Positions 1 through 11,342 of a stretch of 64,000 bases of DNA are shown here, piece by piece. The stretch lies in the NCBI GenBank assembly GCA_964188305.1, contig OZ076886.1; one strand, written 5' to 3'. The notes under the pieces are model-generated. The model had not been told where the DNA came from and ran no database searches. It saw nothing but the letters and a program-made list of their open reading frames with translations. This DNA comes from Podarcis bocagei. Taxonomy: Eukaryota. Each line of letters begins with the position of its first letter. Positions within the stretch are counted from its first letter, which is position 1. The translations under genes and the position numbers were made by a program.

Positions 1-234
1 TTCATTCAAATGTGGCAATGTAAACAATAGAAGAGTGAAGGAAAAGATTCCTCAATTGTAGGCTAGATTTATCTGAGAAATGGAGAGACTGATATAGAGT
101 GGTTGGTTTTCGCTGTTCCACTCAAACTACAACATTAGCACAAAGCTGAGCAATGTATATTTTCAGCTGGGTGGCTTTGTGCTGTTTGGATACAGCACTA
201 GAGAACAACGACAAATTCTCACATTATGAATTAC

Positions 235-429
235 CTGGGTTATGCTCATAGCACTGTTGCACTGATAGTCGCCAAACTTGGACTGCTGACTTGGTGTCAC
301 CAACAGTGGAGGATTTTCTAGATCTGGATACGCAGCTTTAATAGCCACTCCAAAAATGTCTTGAAGGCGACTATTGATGTTAATCATGCCTTTTGATGGC
401 TTGCTTCTACTCCTTTCTTCCTGAAGGCT
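235..429 (-). CDS. RARS1: RARS1 (cytoplasmic arginyl-tRNA synthetase) coding exon 3
   Basis: tttag|AGC...CAG|gtaat, 195 nt; [65 protein letters not shown] matches vertebrate ArgRS. Confidence 0.97.
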
Positions 430-1171
430 CTAAATGAAAACACAAATCTAATTATCCATCCATCAGATTGAGGAGCCCATTGGAACAGTGCATCTCAATT
501 CAAGGACCCTAAACATAGCAGATGATTAAAATGAAATGTGTGTGTAAACACAAACACACATGAATCCTAATCTGCTTTCTGCAGAAACACAACTTCTTCC
601 AGCTAACAGGCAAAAGAAAGCTTTGCACTGCTTACAAAATGTATCAGACTTCAGGCGAACAAAGATTAACAAACCCTGATGGCTGTGTCAGATTCCATCT
701 ATTTTTACCTAGAATAAAGGGAGGCATGCTCTCTTTACGTGCTCAGAGTACAACGATAAAATAGCTGCACACACAGAAATGATTTGTAAATAAAATACCC
801 TGCTAAAGAGAATGAAGACTGTCACAGCTTCAAAAGCCTGCTGTGTGAGAAAGCAGCAGGCAGAAGGTTTTCATGTTCAAGAAATATTCTTGCAAACAGT
901 CATTTGTTTACAAGTAGACTTGCTGGTGGTGTAAAGAAAACCTGCCACTTTAAAAAGCAGGTTGCAACCCTCTTTTTCACTGAGCAGAATTGCTAGATTT
1001 GGGGAGGAGACAATGTTCCTTGACTACCCCCAGCCAGATGTACGCAAAAGTATTTGAGAGGACTGCCTTGTTAAACGAAGCAGCAATTTACTTGCATCCT
1101 CTCAAAGCACCAAAAGTACAGCCCTAATTGACAGCACCAAGTGCAGCCTCTCACTCTTAGAATAAAAAAAA

Positions 1172-1398
1172 TGTAGAGTTAGAAGGGATCCTGAGGATCA
1201 TGTAGTCCAACCATAGCTGTCTACCTTTTCTTGTGAGGAATCCTATTCGGAATAAGGGAAATTCCCTTAAAAAAAGGAAAATGTTGGCAGCTATGAGTCC
1301 ATCCCCCTGCATTGCAGGAATATGCAGCTGTCCCATATGGAGACTGAAGCTGCAACCTTGGTATTATCAGCATCATGCTCTAGCCAACTGACCTATCC
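1172..1398 (-). mobile_element. tRNA(Ile)-like-head SINE with CR1-like 3' tail, interrupted by a MITE
   Basis: Minus strand head gtcagttggctagagcatgatgctgataataccaagg; tail ggttggactacatgatc...cccttctaactctac. Confidence 0.7.
1212..1295. mobile_element. hAT-type MITE nested in the SINE
   Basis: TIR CATAGCTG...CAGCTATG; 8-bp TSD agtccaac/agtccatc. Confidence 0.75.
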
Positions 1399-1484
1399 AG
1401 GCATTCTTGTTCCTTGGATGTACGCTGGGGGAAACAGATGGTGTAGATGCATCCCAGGTCAAAGAACAAGAATACTGACAATTC

Positions 1485-1725
1485 AGGCTGGGCGATATAT
1501 TGTTCAAAACTGGTCTGAAGTCCATATTGTGGTATCAGTTTCATAATTTTTGACGTGGCAGAGTGTGTATGTTATGGGAAAATCACAATGTGAGGAAAAC
1601 CGTGAAGCCAGCTAATGCCTCTACACAGCTTCACCCTTATTTCAGATGAAATAAGTTGTGATATATCACAATGTTTAGCTAGTGATATACTGCGATGTTT
1701 AAAACCAGGTTATCGGCCAGCCCTA
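1485..1725. mobile_element. hAT-like MITE
   Basis: Ends ggctgggcgata / tatcggccagcc; degenerate TSD beginning gacaa. Confidence 0.5.
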
Positions 1726-2019
1726 GACAACATAATCAAACAGAGAAATGCATTTCTGTGTAATTAACTATTTTAGGTTCTTCATAACATTTTAAAAAGA
1801 ACTTCTTAAGGGTTAACGTATCAGTAAAACAGAACAATACTGCACAAATTTCAAAGGAAGAATAATTTCAACCGTAAGGGGTGGGTGGGAAATCTCTCCT
1901 GCGTTAATCACATTTTCACATTCTCTTCACAATGACAAATGATAATTTTGAGAATCACAACAGTCATGACCATTCGTTTACTTTTCCCACACTTCGCACT
2001 ATTCAGAAAGGGAACATAC

Positions 2020-2154
2020 CTTTTGTAGAACATTTAAGCGATATTTAAGTTTTGCGTTCTCTTCCCGTAACCCTTCCAAATTTGGGGAAACTCCCAAACA
2101 TCCATAGTTTTTCAAACGATCAACTTCTGCAGTCAGAAACTTGATTTCCTTTTC
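2020..2154 (-). CDS. RARS1: RARS1 coding exon 2 (N-terminal leucine-zipper extension)
   Basis: cctag|GAA...AAG|gtatg, 135 nt; [45 protein letters not shown]. Confidence 0.96.
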
Positions 2155-3849
2155 CTAGGATGCAAAATAGAACCAGTAGTATATAACCTACTCTTTCTTA
2201 CCCTATGGTAATATATAATAGCGATTGCATCAAAATTTAATCTTTAGTATTTATTATCCATAATTAAACTAACTACACTGTTAAAAATTAGTAGCAACAA
2301 ATTCACCAACCAATCCCTAAGGAAAGACTGGTGGAGCATAATGACATTAGCTGTTCATTAAAAATCTGATATTATAGGACTTTATCTAGCAATATGTACA
2401 GTAGATAATCATTGCTGATTGTGATATTCATATAATAACCATATCATCTAAGATTTCCATTAAATGTAGGCTTGTTCTGTGTAGTGCAAGCAGAACTGAT
2501 TGAATCCATTATGAGTTTCACCACCACCTGAGTGAGTGATGAGAACCTATTGTTACGTATCAGTATGATTTTATTCAAAAGGTCCTACCATGTTTCCTCT
2601 TTTATGGGGAAAACTAAGAAACCAGAACTGAATGCAAAGTACCCCAACATCAGAGACAGTTTGCCTGCTTTGGCTGATTACTGAATATGTTTACCTTCAG
2701 CCCTTATCAAATTTGGATACAAATCAAAGGCAGCATCAAAAATATTTTGTCTATCATCCTAGGAATACAACTGCCTGAGAAATGAAAGTGCCACACAAAA
2801 CTAGGTTGTGGAAGAAACAGAAGCCATCGGTCCCTTTCTCTCAACAAGCCTGCTCTGTTGTTTTCTTTTGCAGTCTAGACCTTCTAGGACCTCCCAATAT
2901 ATTGTATGTGTATAAATACTTTATCATATAAAGTTTATCCTGAGTGCTGAAGTAATGAAAATCAGAAAGAACAGTTTCCACTACTAAAATTATTATGAAG
3001 TGTAGCTCTAAAAATGTTGCAGGTTATCTACTCTTTCAGTTTGCCTCTCTCAAACACCTGGCAGAAATTATTTTAGAAGCACAAACAAAACAACATGCCC
3101 TGCATTGTTCAAAAAAGAACAAGTCTCCACATGGCTTACCCATCATGTTCCCCAGCTCAAAAACTAGTTCACAAACAATTTCATTAAATTGCTAACCACA
3201 CCTAAACTTGTGACTGAAGAGTGTCTCATGTGGCAAAATTATAGTTATTAGAAATTTATTGTGAAATAAAATTACTATTAGCAGATTCAGATTTATTTAT
3301 TTAGCTACCTAAAAGTTAGGCTAGTAATGAGCAGCACCCTACTATAAATGAAATTTCCTCTAAGAAATGCCCACATATGCTAGAAATTAAATGTAACTAT
3401 GTGCCTCTTTAACTTTGGAATATGGTATAAAAAAGCACGGAAGAATTTTTTTTAAAAAATCTATTCACCTTCTGCCAAGAGTTGTTGCATCTATCCGGTT
3501 TACAAAGAGAATTGTTACATGTCTTGGAATGCTTACTTTCCAGATATTTTATTTTCTACTAGTACATTTACAAATTTACAGCGTCTCCATCCAAGCGTGC
3601 CCAAGGCAATCGATACATTCCGGTTTTTTGAGATTCATTTTGGTTTAACAAGAACGTAGCAGTTGTTACCTTCAATTATACTGCACTGTTGTGCGAAAAT
3701 ACTGATCGATGGGTGAAGGCAGGGGAATTTTCTTGTTGTTAAAAAAAAAAAAGGGACGGGTCAGGGGCCCTTAGGAAACCTAGATTTGCCAATTCCAACA
3801 CAGGTGGGCTTCCCAACGTATCGCCCATGACAGCTAATATCTACTCGCG

Positions 3850-4830
3850 ACCTCTCTCTCTTGTTCTCTGCAGGGGCCCTGCCCACTTCAGACGTTGACC
3901 CGAGAGAAGCGTGCAGGGGGCGGGGAGGGGCAACTGAGCTGGCGAAAAGGGCAGGCGGGCAGCCCTGGTTTTAATCATTTCTGCTGGCGTCAAGGTTTCA
4001 CCCAACGACCCCGCCCCCTAAGGAGCCAGGAAGAAGCGAGAACCCCTCACACGCCTTGCAGAGAGAACCGCTCGCACGGGGGAGGGAAGAAGCGGGGTCT
4101 GCGCTGACGTAAGAGCCTCGAAAGGGAAAGAAGCGCCGCGCTGGCGGCAGAATAAGCAACGCCTCCCGCCGCCGCCCGGCCTCCTCCGAGCAGCCACGCG
4201 CTGCCTCCGCCCCCCCCCCCCCGTTTTGCCTCTGCCGCCCCGAGCCCTCCACTCCTCTTCGCCTTCCAGCCGCGCCCCATAAAACAGAAGGACGCACGCG
4301 CCTCTGACCTGCCGCTGAAGCCGCTCCGCGCACTGAGCCACCTGCACCTCCATCCTCGCGGGTCAGACAAAAGGGAAACCAGGACCGGAAGCGGAACTCC
4401 TGTTCTCTATGGTGAGTTCCTGGCAAGAGCGGCAGCGGGAGAAAAAGCCCTCTTGCTTCCGTGCTGGCGCTCCGTGCTCTTGCGCCCCCTCTACCGGTCC
4501 CTTTGCGCGCTCCGCTCTTCCAAGGCAAAGGTGTCTTTTTGTCCAGCCCCCCTGAGCGAAATCCGCGTAAAAGCCAAGCAGAGCGAGGAGAAAACGGAAA
4601 ACTTCCCGCCCACAACGGGCCAAATTTCCAAATGTTTATTGTTTTTAATTCAAGGGGTCGTTCCTCCTCGCTAGCCAAAAGAATAATAATAAAAAAGAGG
4701 GTCATCCCGTGCGCCATCCCGTCTCTTGAATTGCGAGTGTGTATCGCAGCGACCCTCAGCAATGCCTCGGAGCGGGAGAAGACGCCGACCCCGAGATTGT
4801 TTCGGACGGATAAACACAGCGGCACTTGCT
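3850..4830. promoter_or_regulatory. CpG island / RARS1 promoter
   Basis: GC- and CpG-rich block spanning exon 1 in an AT-rich background; ETS/GABP-like CCGGAAG near 4385, E2F-like TTCCCGCC near 4603; boundaries approximate. Confidence 0.85.
4309..4353 (-). CDS. RARS1: RARS1 coding exon 1
   Basis: Strong Kozak gaggATGg at 4353; MEVQVAQCAERLQRQ|gtcag, 45 nt, phase 0 matches exon 2; resembles human MDVLVSECSARLLQQ. Confidence 0.93.
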
Positions 4831-4934
4831 GGGGAACTGATTCGGACTATAAATGATTCTCACTATAAACAGCATGGCAAGCGTGCTATATATATTGCTG
4901 GCTCAGATTAGTGTCTAAAGAAGCAGTGTGGTCG

Positions 4935-5102
4935 CAGTGGCGTAGCGTGGGGGGTGCAGGGGGGCCGGCCGCACCGGGCGCAACATCTGGGGGTTAGGGT
5001 TAGGGGGCGCAAATCCACGGGTTAGGGGGCACAAATCCATGGGTTAGGGGGCGCAAATTACTTGCCTTGCCCCGGGTGCTGACAACCCACGCTACGCCAC
5101 TG
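4935..5102. mobile_element. hAT MITE with internal TTAGGG-containing repeats, inserted in a tRNA-SINE head
   Basis: 17-bp TIR CAGTGGCGTAGCGTGGG/CCCACGCTACGCCACTG; near-TSD gtgtggt(c)g/gtgtggtg; same family as 20967-21079. Confidence 0.85.
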
Positions 5103-5740
5103 GTGTGGTGTAGTGGTTATAGTGTGTTGGGACCTGGAATACCAGGATTCAAACCCACAACCCCAGTTTTTGTTAATGGTCACTAGTTCCTTTTCAAATT
5201 CGAGGACATAACTTCACTTCCCGGTCTATATTTTAAAGTGCCCCTTTATATGCAAAATATGCTGTGGTATAGCTTCACACACAGAAACATTTTCCGATTA
5301 GCGACTCCATGAAGTGCAAGGATCTCATAGTCACTATTAGAATCTATAGAGTTGAACACATAAAAATATTTTCTTCATTGAGTCAAAGCCACATCCAGTA
5401 CTATCCCCTCTGGTAAGATGTACCCATAAGCCCATTTGCCTTTCTATTATTATCCAGCTGTGAAGCTCTCTACTGAGATGATGGTCCAGTTCCCTTTTCA
5501 GAGTGAATACTTGACCCAATGAGGTAACAGCATGCAATGTAATTACCAGATATTGTTGCCCTCTTTCTTTACAGTGATGGAATTCTAAATTGACTCTTCA
5601 TGGCCTTTAAGCTCAATAAAACGTCAAAGGCAAATCAGCATGCAATTTGGAAAATATTTTGGCATGCTCTGGGAACTATTATAGCAATGGAAAAAAATCT
5701 CCAGGATGACGTGCTTAAAGTAAATAAGTAAAGTCATGCG

Positions 5741-5990
5741 TTGGGTTGAATGTGCTTCGGGTTGAGCGCGTTTGAATTGCGCTCCACGGCAACCCAGAAG
5801 TAACGGAGCACGTTACTTCCTGGTTTTGCCGCTCGCGCATGCACAGACGCTAAAAATGACATCATGTGCATGCGTGGAAGTGGCAAAATGCGACCTGCGC
5901 AAGCGCAGACGCGCCGTCGCTTGTTACGTTTGCTTCAGGATGCGAACGGGCCTTCAGAACGGATCCTGTTCGCATCCCGAGGTACCACTG
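5741..5990. mobile_element. Truncated Tc1/mariner (Tigger-like) MITE
   Basis: Right TIR ccgaggtaccactg+TA as in 42593-42807; left TIR not found. Confidence 0.6.
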
Positions 5991-6589
5991 TATATCCATT
6001 TCTAGCAAGCATCCAATGAAAACAAAGTTGATAAAGAAAAATAATCCACAAATTGTATTTTAAAATTTTATACACAACAAAGGCCTACACAGCTTCTTGG
6101 TCCCTGAGAAGCATCTTTCTCCCCCAACTCAAAGTGTGGCTTGAAACATGTCTTAAAGATCTATACCTTCGGCAGCAGGCACTGATACAGTTCAGAAACA
6201 TCATTTACACAGTCAGAAAAAGAGACAGAGATTAGGTATATAAATTTCTATAGCAATTTTAATCTGTTAATCCTGACAAAAATTTAAAATAGATATAAAG
6301 TCAATCATTTAGTGCTTGCCTATTAAAGTGTTTTTATACATGAAAAAGAACTATGTACATCTCAAGAGACTTCCAGTTTTAAACCACTCATCAACTTTAC
6401 TCATGAAGGCGCATCTTGGCTTGTGGACCTTTAAGGCCTTTGTATTCCTATCCCCATTGTTCTCATTCTTGTGTTGGCAACAGGTAGAGAAATGGGAGGG
6501 GGAGTGGTGCTGGTGGAGGATGGAGAAAGTGTGTGAACCTGTTCTGGTATCACATTCCAAATAATTCAACATGGTTTGAGTTTAAAGCT

Positions 6590-6839
6590 CTCACACAAAC
6601 CTCCTTCTCGTTTATTCACACATGGTATCCTGAAATAATTTATGTCTGTGATTTTTGAAAGTTGAGTGTTCATCAATATACTAATGTTCAAAAACAGTAT
6701 ACGTACCACAATTTGTTCCCACACCTCACAGTGACAGGGAGCAGAATAAGGCCTGGATATAGGACTCACACTAGGCTGAAAGCTTTCTCCAGAATATACT
6801 GCCTGAATGGTCTGTGCATACGTGCATATATGCCCCCCC

Positions 6840-6877
<38 letters not shown>

Positions 6878-8040
6878 ACACAGGCAAAGGTGAGAGTGTA
6901 AGCAAGAGAATGCTTGTGTGTGCACGCAAGTCAAGATAAACACATTACCAACCAAAGTGAACAAGCTGGGAAAAATATATACACAAATACTAACAACAAT
7001 TTGGTAAACTATGGCTTTTAGACAAGGTTACAGTATTTCTAGACAAGGCTTCATTGTATTTTGTTTAGTAGCTGTTTTCAAAAGTAGCAAGAGGCAACCC
7101 ACTCCAAATCAGTTATTCCAATCAATAAAATAAGGGAGATTAGATTTTTTAAAAAAAACCTACAAAAGACTGCTTAGAATTTAATAGAAAATTTTGGTAG
7201 AAATTTTGTTTGTAAAAGCTCTTTATCAGATATTAGGATTTCATGAGCATTTCTTTGCTTGCTTAAACCAAATTGAAATATAAAATAAAATAAAAAACCA
7301 AGTGTCATTTTCCTTAAAAGATGGAATTATTTTTGACTGCTAGTTGGTCATGATTCTATTTTCTTTGTTCAGCAAAACACTGAGCCATCAAAGTCTCACA
7401 GGGGCATATGTTCCATGTAGCTCTCTCCCTATACAGAAATGGGTTCACTGAGCTTTGGAACTTTTTCTAGGTCAAGTACATAATGAGCTGAAGTAACAAT
7501 CTCCAAATTAAAGTGCAGTAGATATCTTGAACTCCACACCCATTTTTATGACTTGGAAAGAAATTGAAGTGTTTCATAGCTCACAGAGCACTCATTTACA
7601 GCTCGTTTAAAAAAAACTTATTTCCTCTTCTGTTGGGTACAAAAATATTTAAATTAGCAAAAGCTATAAGAACTGGGGTATATTTAAGATTCAAAGAATT
7701 CTTGCTGTCTCAGATTCACATTTATTGTGGTAAAACCTCTTTTAAAAAAAGTAGAGCTGTACAAAACATCTAAATGGAATTTATTAAAACAAAAATGTTG
7801 AGCTGAATTTGTTCGTATTTAAAAAATCTTTCCCAAAAATACATTGCTAAATATACAAACTATATAATCAAGTCATTTTAATGGTGGGGTTTGCAATGAC
7901 AAGGAGAAAGCTAAAAATCTGGACATGGAGCTGCAACATACAAATGACTTGGTACCTTTGTAATACCACATAAATAAACTTCAGTGAAACAAAAATTATA
8001 CTTTTCTGAAGTGGTTTGAAAAGAAATACTTAAATAGACA
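6590..8040 (-). other. WWC1: Putative WWC1 3' UTR with tandem poly(A) signals
   Basis: AT-rich and transposon-poor; minus-strand AATAAA at 7780-7785, 7721-7726 and 6611-6616; distal end inferred. Confidence 0.6.
6842..6875. repeat. (GT)17 microsatellite
   Basis: Direct reading; preceded by a C run. Confidence 0.97.
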
Positions 8041-8107
8041 TTAAACATCATCCACAGAGAGAGCAGGAATGTTTATCCTCGGCCGTGTGAAAAATGCCAT
8101 TTTCTCT
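8041..8107 (-). CDS. WWC1: WWC1/KIBRA exon 23 (terminal, PDZ-binding tail)
   Basis: ttgtag|A GAG...GTT TAA; (R)EKMAFFTRPRINIPALSVDDV*. Confidence 0.97.
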
Positions 8108-8640
8108 CTACAAAACACAAACATCAATTGTTAATGAAAGTAAAAAATAAGACTTCACTATTCAACAGTCAGAAAATAAAAAATCTATGTATGCCTTGTC
8201 TTGTACAACTTCACAGAAGCCCTACAGTAAGACTTCCAAAACACTTTTGAAATAGTCATTCAGTGTGAACAAAGCCAAAAGATTTCAATACAATAAATCT
8301 TACTGAACTATAGCTACCACAAAAGGCATTTTATCAAATCCCACACTGTTTTCTATTTTGATAAGCATGCTACAGAATGTTATAGGTAGGTCATTCATTT
8401 AAAAACAAAGGGATCTGACAAGTAAGACAGTATTGTGTCACTGCCAGATAAGGACATCATAATAGGAGTCTGTTTTCAGAAAACACCATACAAGGTTGTG
8501 ACTCATTATCAGAAGAGGACCATGATATGAGCATGACTACTTTGTTTCTACAGCCAAAGGTTTTTACGGTGCTGGTTAGTGAAGCTACATGAAAGGGGTA
8601 ATCCATGCATTTGAGCAAAATCTGCAATGCATTTTCCTAC

Positions 8641-8762
8641 CTGAATGACTGCACCTCTAAAGGCTCCTTTCGACTCTGGCCTCGTAGCCTATGCACATCT
8701 TTAGCAGCTGCTCTCATCATTTTATTAGCTTTGAGCTCGCACTTACATTCGACTTTTTCCAC
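8641..8762 (-). CDS. WWC1: WWC1 exon 22
   Basis: cttag|GTG...AG|gtagg, 122 nt; [40 protein letters not shown]. Confidence 0.96.
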
Positions 8763-10398
8763 CTAAGTGATGAGGAATGAAGCCATTAATTTAAATAAAG
8801 GCACAATAGGTTCTTTTCTAATCTGGCATCCTCTGTGTAAAACAAAACACTTCATTTCCATGTCCAACATAGGGCATTCAGGTGGGACTGATTTATTTTG
8901 AGCCATAAACCACCAAAGCTGTAAAAGAATCGAGAATGGGAGAGTGATTTCATGGGCACTATTGTTCCTACCAATGTGCCTAGAAAAAGCCTCCTTACCT
9001 CTGGCCACTTGCACCTGCTGCACCTGTGAGTTAACATCAATCCTACAATTCCATTCATATGAACAAATACAGAGGTAGATAAGAGGGAAAGTATGTGTCT
9101 CCTCATATACTTTTTTGATCTGGTTTTGCAAACAGATATTTTTAAAAGATGTTTTAGCTGGAATTTAAAAGCTTTTTGATGTTTTGAGTCACTGACTTGC
9201 CAATTATGCTTGTAATGAACCTACTGTCCCAAATTACTGAAGCCTGACTAGCATCCTCCAGAAGTTAGGCATTTAGTGTTGCAAGTCCCATGCTGTCAAC
9301 AATCTCTGAGCAGAGATTTGGCAGGAATCCTCACATTTGACTTTCAGGTGCCTCTTAAAAACCCTTTTATGACAACAGGGGTTGTTGTTTTTTTAAAAAA
9401 AGAGTAGCCAGTCACTTTAATGATAGTTCTATTTTTAAAAATGTCTTTGTATTGCTATAAACCGCCCAGATAATTCATGATAGAGCAGTACAGAAATTCT
9501 TGAATAAATGCATGCAGGTCCCACTATGCAAATGTAATCCATTCCAGAGAAATGGTTCATAAAGCAAGCCAATGATTTCCATTGTTTCCAATGGGGAAAA
9601 TCCCACTGCGTACTCGACCAAGAAAAAAATGAGAGAGAGAAATCCATGGCTCCACCCTTGCTTCCGCCCTACCAATTGTAAGCCCAGCATAGTGTTGGAT
9701 GAGCTTGCTTGACCATATTCAGGTCTTCCTCCCTTTGAATTACAACCTTATGCCTTCAGACAGAGAACCTCATCAGAGGCTGCCTCATCTTTGGTTCCAG
9801 GGGTTCCCTGGTGCCCTTGGCAAGGAGCTGTATCAGCACTTCCCCCGTTCCTTAAACCCTTGGCAAGGATGGCCTCCACTCCAAGTCAGAGTAGAGAGGT
9901 GTGATTCTTGCCCCACCCCCTGGGCCTGCACCCTTGGTGGGGGCCAACGTACCCAACCCTTCAGTATATCTCTGTTTGGTTCATATACACTCCCAGAGAC
10001 AGAGAGATTTTGGACAATCAGGTGCAGATGATATCATGGTATTTCACCATGCCATACATTTCTTCGAGATGGGGCTGAAGAGGGCAAGACAAGACAATTC
10101 TGACTAGACCCACTGAAACAGAACCTGTTTTAAATCCCACTAAAATGACAAGTACTGAAAAAGTACCTCAAAGATTCTAGCAGGTTTCACTACCAAAAGG
10201 AGAACTTTTCTAAACACATCAAGGGTGGTATTCAGCTACAGTTTAGTCAGAGTGGGCCCATTGTAATCAACGGACCTAACTTTGTCATGTTCATTAATCA
10301 CAATGGGCCTACGCTGAGTAAAACATAATTGAAGCCTATTCCCTTTTGAAAATTTAATTGATAATGAAAAAGCATTCTTTAGTCGAAGAATAACTTGC

Positions 10399-10629
10399 CT
10401 GTTTCTCTACTAGTCTCATCAACATCTGAAATTGTTCATCTTTGTCTATGCACCGGGGTAGTTCCTTTTCCCCCTGACTTTGAGCTTGCTCTAGCTGTTC
10501 CTTCAGCTGCTTGAGGACAGAGATCTCTTGAACCAGCTGGTTGTGCCAGGTCTTTGAAGCCTGCAAGTCCAATTCCAGATCCAGTGAGGTACGGATTAGA
10601 CGCTCACCTCCAGTGGATCTAACAGAAGA
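10399..10629 (-). CDS. WWC1: WWC1 exon 21 (GC donor)
   Basis: ttcag|TCT...CAG|gcaagt, 231 nt; [48 protein letters not shown]...LVEKQ. Confidence 0.93.
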
Positions 10630-11249
10630 CTGAACAACAACGACAAAATATTTATTATAATGCTGAATTGTGATATCCTTTGATACACTTTATCATGCTT
10701 AGAGACTTGAAATACTAATGGTTGCTGACACCTAACTGAAAATAATGGTTTGCATCCAGTGCAACAGGAATTCCATCTGCTCCTTCCCCATGCTCCTCCA
10801 AAATATGCTCCAGAAGGTCTCCCAGTTCCTCAGAGCTGATTCTGAGAGTGCAAAGAGGGCTGGAGGGGGGAAGTGAGGAAGTGGAAGTTCTGTTGCATGC
10901 ACAGAAGTCTCTTGCACCAGGGCAGTTGCAGCATTGGGATGCATCCCGATATCTTTATGAGAAATGCTTCAGACATTCTGAAACTATGACAGCTTCAAAA
11001 ATTATTCAGAACTACATGCCAAATGCTCCACAATATAATTTCTCTTTGACACATTAATGGAAACCGCAAAACACAAACCTTCAATAACATCAAGAGCCGT
11101 TGATGTTAATATGCAAAACTGGAACAGGGCACACAAAGAACAGTTTAACTAATCGTTATTTTAAAAGAAACTAGGCTAGCTTGTGAAAAATGTATACAGC
11201 TCAACAACTCAATAAAAGAAAACAGCATGTAAGATTTATATATTTTTAC

Positions 11250-11342
11250 CCTTTTCATCCTGACACTTCGCCTCTCCACAGCATTTCGAACAAAGGGTGG
11301 TTTCTTGGATAGTGTTGAACTATCACTATCACTACGATTAAG
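11250..11342 (-). CDS. WWC1: WWC1 exon 20 (aPKC/PKMzeta-binding region)
   Basis: ttcag|CTT...AGG|gtaaa, 93 nt; [31 protein letters not shown]. Confidence 0.97.

Noticed and set aside
3998-4856. Long overlapping ORFs (up to 275 aa) at the RARS1 5' end
   Set aside because: Stop-poor CpG-island artefacts; only 4309-4353 fits RARS1 homology and splicing.
4989-5052. Interstitial telomere or chromosome fusion scar
   Set aside because: At most two consecutive TTAGGG units, enclosed by TIRs and repeated in a second MITE copy.
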